Shown: positions 61,821 through 64,000 of the stretch, piece after piece
How positions within the stretch are numbered: the first letter of the stretch is position 1
Layout of the letters: every line of letters starts with the position of its first letter
NCBI RefSeq assembly: GCF_036365525.1
Contig: NW_027140532.1
Coordinates: 1-64,000, forward strand
Length of the DNA: 64,000 bases
From: Heterodontus francisci
Lineage: Eukaryota
Reading direction: 5' to 3'
The notes under the pieces: generated by a model
What the model was told of the DNA's origin: nothing
Seen by the model: only the letters and a program-made list of their open reading frames with translations
The model's database searches: none
Program-made: the position numbers and the translations under genes

Positions 61821-62269
61821 GGCTTTCTGCTTGAATTCCCCAGGTTGGCCGACTATATTATCCAATCCACAGGTTCTGAATTCCTGGGATTGGCGTGAAC
61901 TGACCTGACTTCCCTCAGCTTCTCCCCTTCTCTCCGCTGGTGTCCGGGGACATCGCAGCTGCAGGCCTTCACCGAGGCTGCTCAACAGCCCGCCACCCCT
62001 CCCCCCATGTCAGATCGTTCGAAATCAAAACATGGTGCCGTGCATTCTGGGACCTCCTTAATGTGGTCGCCGTGTTTATTTAATGTCTGCTCAGTCAAGT
62101 GTCAATAAAGTTATTACAATTATTGATGTGTTGAGCGTGCTCCTGGTGAAATGAGGACGGCGAGTACAAGCCTGCGGCGCAAGATCTCTTGGCACATTGT
62201 CGCACTCTAACGCAGACCCGTTTGCGCTGTTCTCATTCAGACCCTATCCCCTTTCACGGGCAACGTTAG

Positions 62270-62845
62270 AGAACCATAGAATGATACAACAAAGCAGGAG
62301 GCCATTCAGCCCATCGTGACGATGCTGGCCCTTTCAAAGAGCTCTCCAGTTTGTCCCACCGCCCTGCTATTTCCCAAGAACCCTCCAAATTTCCCCCTTT
62401 CAAGTATTTATCCAATTTACCTTTTGAAAGTTACGACTGAATCTGCTTCCACCGCCCTTTCAGGCAGCGCATTCCAGATCACAACGACTCGCTGTGTTAA
62501 ACAAATGTTTCCCCAAGTCGCCTCTGGTTCTTTCCCCTGAAACATCTGTCCCCTCCGCTCACCGACCTCACCCCCCTTGCCACAGGAAACGGTTTCTCGT
62601 TATTTACTCGATCAAAACCCTTCATGATATTAAATCTCCTCTTAATCTTCTCTGCTCTAAGGAGAACAACCCCAGCTTCACGAGTCTACGTAACTGAAGT
62701 CCCTCATCCCTGGTACCATTCTAGTAAACCTCCTTTGCCCAGAATTGAACACAATACTGAGACGGAATCAGTGTTTGATGAAAATTTAGCGTAACATCCT
62801 TGTTTTCGCACTCTATGCCTCTATGCAAAAAGCCCAGGATCGCTT
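62270..62845 (-). mobile_element. CR1 LINE 3' fragment
   Basis: CCTTTCAGGCAGCGCATTCCAGATC...CTCTAAGGAGAACAACCCCAG. Confidence 0.75.
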
Positions 62846-63224
62846 TGAAGGCCTACCATGGCTTGTGCCTCAATATAGAATGGAATGGAATGGCAGGGCT
62901 TCTGCTCCGCCGGCTGGACTTGGGGAGGACTGGGGTGTGTCTGTCCTCATCCCGATGGGAGTGCACTTGAAGCGGCAAACAGGAGATAAAGGAAGGAATT
63001 ATTCTGCAATTAGGAAGGGGTGAACTGGGATTCTAATAACAGTGATTAACAGGCTGGAGATGAGGGATTCATCTTCAAAGAGAGTTTATTTCACTGCATG
63101 GCACAGAGGCACATACTGCGCCGGAATTCAGCGAACTCTAATCTGATGAGATCCAATATCTTCTGGCTGTTTATCAGTGAGGAATGAGGGGCTCCTGTCT
63201 CCAGACACACACCACAGGGACCGA

Positions 63225-64000
63225 GAAATACATAGATACAGAGACAGAGAGAAGATAGATAGAGAGAGAGAGAAAGACATAGAGTGACAGAGATAGTGAG
63301 TCAGAGAGAGAGATGGAGATATTCAGAGACAGAGAGTGACAGAGATAGTGAGTCAGAGAGAGAGAGAGATATACAGAGACAGAGAGTGACAGAGATAGTG
63401 AGTCAGAGAGAGAGAGAGAGAGAGATATACAGAGACAGAGAGTGACAGAGATAGTGAGTCAGAGAGAGAGAGAGAGATATACAGAGACAGAGTGTGACAG
63501 AGATAGTGAGTCAGAGAGAGAGAGAGAGAGATATACAGAGACAGAGAGGGACAGAGATAGTGAGTCAGAGAGAGAGAGAGAGAGATATACAGAGACAGAG
63601 AGGGACAGAGATAGTGAGTCAGAGAGATGGAGATATTCAGAGACAGAGAGTGACAGAGATAGTGAGTCAGAGAGATGGAGATATACAGAGACAGAGAGTG
63701 ACAGAGATAGTGAGTCAGAGAGATGGAGATATACAGAGACAGAGAGGGAAAGAGATAGTGAGTCAGAGAGATGGAGATATTCAGAGACAGAGAGTGACAG
63801 AGATAGTGAGTCAGAGAGATGGAGATATACAGAGACAGAGAGGGACAGAGATAGTGAGCCAGAGAGATGGAGATATACAGAAACAGAGAGGGACAGAGAT
63901 AGTGAGTCAGAGAGATGGAGATATTCAGAGACAGAGAGTGACAGAGATAGTGAGTCAGAGAGATGGAGATATACAGAGACAGAGAGTGACAGAGATAGTG
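63225..64000. repeat. GA-rich ~48-bp tandem repeat running off the window end
   Basis: Unit ACAGAGACAGAGAGTGACAGAGATAGTGAGTCAGAGAGATGGAGATAT with variable (GA)n. Confidence 0.93.

Overview
This is eukaryotic, intron-rich vertebrate DNA, most likely from a shark or other chondrichthyan, judging from its CR1/HER1-like LINEs, V-SINEs, Deu-type SINEs and Penelope relics (inference). The supplied ORF track is mostly repeat-derived noise; the real genes are spliced and were assembled by hand from GT-AG exons. All four lie on the + strand: NEDD8 (last 3 coding exons, 2156-4521), NOP9 (10 coding exons, 13497-28903, 596 aa), CIDEB (5 coding exons, 38210-48706, 218 aa) and a short CCDC102-family gene (57282-~59942, ~272 aa model). 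Main findings: (1) the ~20 kb CIDEB block is bracketed by an ~0.83 kb inverted duplication of the NOP9 3'UTR. A SINE is cut at one breakpoint, consistent with a staggered-break inversion of an ancestral tail-to-tail NOP9/CIDEB pair, and a bidirectional poly(A) core is 100% identical between the copies. (2) A Tx1-clade retrotransposon appears site-specific for a 69-bp repeat, and two other units carry poly(T) scars at about the same position. (3) A decayed LTR provirus has an F-protein-like envelope. (4) The CCDC102 gene may be a third ohnolog. There are also several minisatellites, including one born inside a SINE and a YY1-motif array at the NOP9 promoter. Family assignments come from recalled sequences, not database searches, and repeat boundaries are approximate.
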